The notes under the pieces are model-generated. The model was not told the origin of the DNA, did no database searches, and was given only the letters and a program-made list of their open reading frames with translations. Position numbers and translations under genes: made by a program. From Archangium sp. (GTDB lineage Bacteria; Myxococcota; Myxococcia; Myxococcales; Myxococcaceae), in contig JANLPS010000041.1 in the NCBI GenBank assembly GCA_031367385.1, positions 1 to 16,605 on the forward strand: a stretch of 16,605 bases of DNA. The letters run 5' to 3'. Below, in pieces: positions 15,519 through 16,605 of the stretch (position 1 is its first letter; each line of letters starts with the position of its first letter).

Positions 15519-16466
15519 ATGTACGAATTTCTTCAGCACGTCATCAACGGGTTGGCGGCGGGCACCATCTATGCCCTCGTCGCGCTTGGGTACACGATGG
15601 TGTACGGCGTGCTGAAGCTGATCAACTTCGCGCACGGCGACGTGATGATGGTTGGCGTGTACGTCGGGTACTCGGTGGCGTTCTTGCTCGGCCGTGACTT
15701 CGCGTCGACGCTGCCGGGCGCGCTGTGCGTGTTTCTGGTGTCGATGCTGGCGTGTGCGGCGATTGGGTTCGTGATCGAGCGGTTTGCGTATCGGCCGTTG
15801 CGCGAGAAGCCGCGGTTGACGGCGTTGATCACCGCCATCGGCATCAGCTTCGCGCTCTCGTATGGGTTTCAGCTCGATTTTTCGCTGACCATCGGAGGGC
15901 ATGAATTCACGATTCTGCCCGGCGCGTCGTCGAGGCGTTTCCCTGAGATCATCAAGCCTTCGCAGTGGTTCGAGTTCGGCGACAGCGATGTGATCATCTG
16001 GAACTGGCAGGTGATCAGCCTGGGCATCGCGGTGGCGTTGATGGCCGGGCTGCAGTTTCTGGTGTACCGAACGCGGTTCGGCAAGGCGATGCGGGCGGTG
16101 AGCTACGACCATCGAACGGCAGGGTTGCTCGGCATACCGGTCGATACGGTGATCTCGGTCACGTTCATGTTGGGCAGCGCGCTCGCGGCAGGTGCGGGCA
16201 TTTTGTACGCGATCAAAGACAAGTCGATTCAGCCGCTGATGGGCATGTACGTGGGGTTGAAGGCCTTCGTCGCGGCGGTGATTGGTGGCATTGGCAATTT
16301 GCCGGGTGCCGTGGTCGGTGCGCTGGCACTCGGGTTGTGCGAGGAATTCGTCGTCGGGTACACCGCGTCGAGCTGGCGTGATGCCGTGGCGTTCGGGTTC
16401 TTGATTGTGGTGTTGCTGGTGCGGCCCGAGGGGTTGTTCGGCCGGGCGACGGCTGAGAAGGTTTAG
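15519..16466 (+). CDS. livH: branched-chain amino acid ABC transporter permease
   Basis: INGLAAGTIYALVALGYTMVYGVLKLINFAHGD, IERFAYRPLR, TRFGKAMRAVS, GLKAFVAAVIGGIG and VRPEGLFG. Confidence 0.95.
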   Translation: MYEFLQHVINGLAAGTIYALVALGYTMVYGVLKLINFAHGDVMMVGVYVGYSVAFLLGRDFASTLPGALCVFLVSMLACAAIGFVIERFAYRPLREKPRLTALITAIGISFALSYGFQLDFSLTIGGHEFTILPGASSRRFPEIIKPSQWFEFGDSDVIIWNWQVISLGIAVALMAGLQFLVYRTRFGKAMRAVSYDHRTAGLLGIPVDTVISVTFMLGSALAAGAGILYAIKDKSIQPLMGMYVGLKAFVAAVIGGIGNLPGAVVGALALGLCEEFVVGYTASSWRDAVAFGFLIVVLLVRPEGLFGRATAEKV

Positions 16467-16469
16467 TCG

Positions 16470-16605
16470 CAATGCTGGTCATTTAGCAGCGGGGCGCTGG
16501 ACCCATTTCTTGTCGTAAGCGCTCATCTTGATCTTCACGACGCGTGGAAAACTGCGCTTCGGACGGCGTGGCGGCAGCAGTAAGAGTCGCATGCGTTGCC
16601 TGAGG
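16470..16605 (-). mobile_element. IS4-family insertion sequence, downstream end with terminal inverted repeat (rest lies beyond the window)
   Basis: CAATGCTGGTCATTTAGC at 16470-16487 resembles the IS4 end as I recall it (TAATGCCGATCAGTTAAG, 12/18 identical, AATG core). The transposase stop codon lies inside this repeat. Confidence 0.75.
16479..16605 (-). CDS. IS4-family transposase, C-terminal 41 aa
   Basis: Manual translation LRQRMRLLLLPPRRPKRSFPRVVKIKMSAYDKKWVQRPAAK* carries the LPxRRxxRxxPRxVKxKxSxY tail I associate with IS4-group transposases. Not in the ORF track. Confidence 0.72.
   Translation of the reverse strand, partial: LRQRMRLLLLPPRRPKRSFPRVVKIKMSAYDKKWVQRPAAK

Noticed and set aside
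1..16605. CRISPR arrays, tRNA or rRNA genes, long tandem repeats
   Set aside because: None seen. Nearly all of the window is coding and the intergenic gaps are too short or lack regular repeats.

Overview
High-GC bacterial DNA whose gene content points to a myxobacterium (Myxococcota; inference). Left to right: the 5' part of an Ala/Pro/Thr-rich protein on the minus strand, missed by the ORF track and preceded by a sigma-28-type promoter; a class II (SIRT4-like) sirtuin and a serine O-acetyltransferase; a small hypothetical gene; and a TetR regulator divergent from a FadL/OmpP1 channel, with a palindromic operator candidate between them. A tightly coupled plus-strand run follows: a hypothetical gene, three large Tad-type pseudopilins, a membrane-anchored two-repeat protein, a small secreted 8-Cys peptide, a short Flp-like pilin, a TonB-dependent receptor carrying its own TonB C-terminal domain, and a lipoprotein. 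The window ends with livK-livH of a branched-chain amino acid ABC transporter, followed 3 bp after the livH stop by the end of an IS4-family element, where livM would normally be. The most interesting parts are the stand-alone Tad minor-pilin (tip-like) module with its Cys-rich peptide, and the sigma-28-driven candidate secreted protein. All calls rest on motif recognition by eye; no database searches were run.
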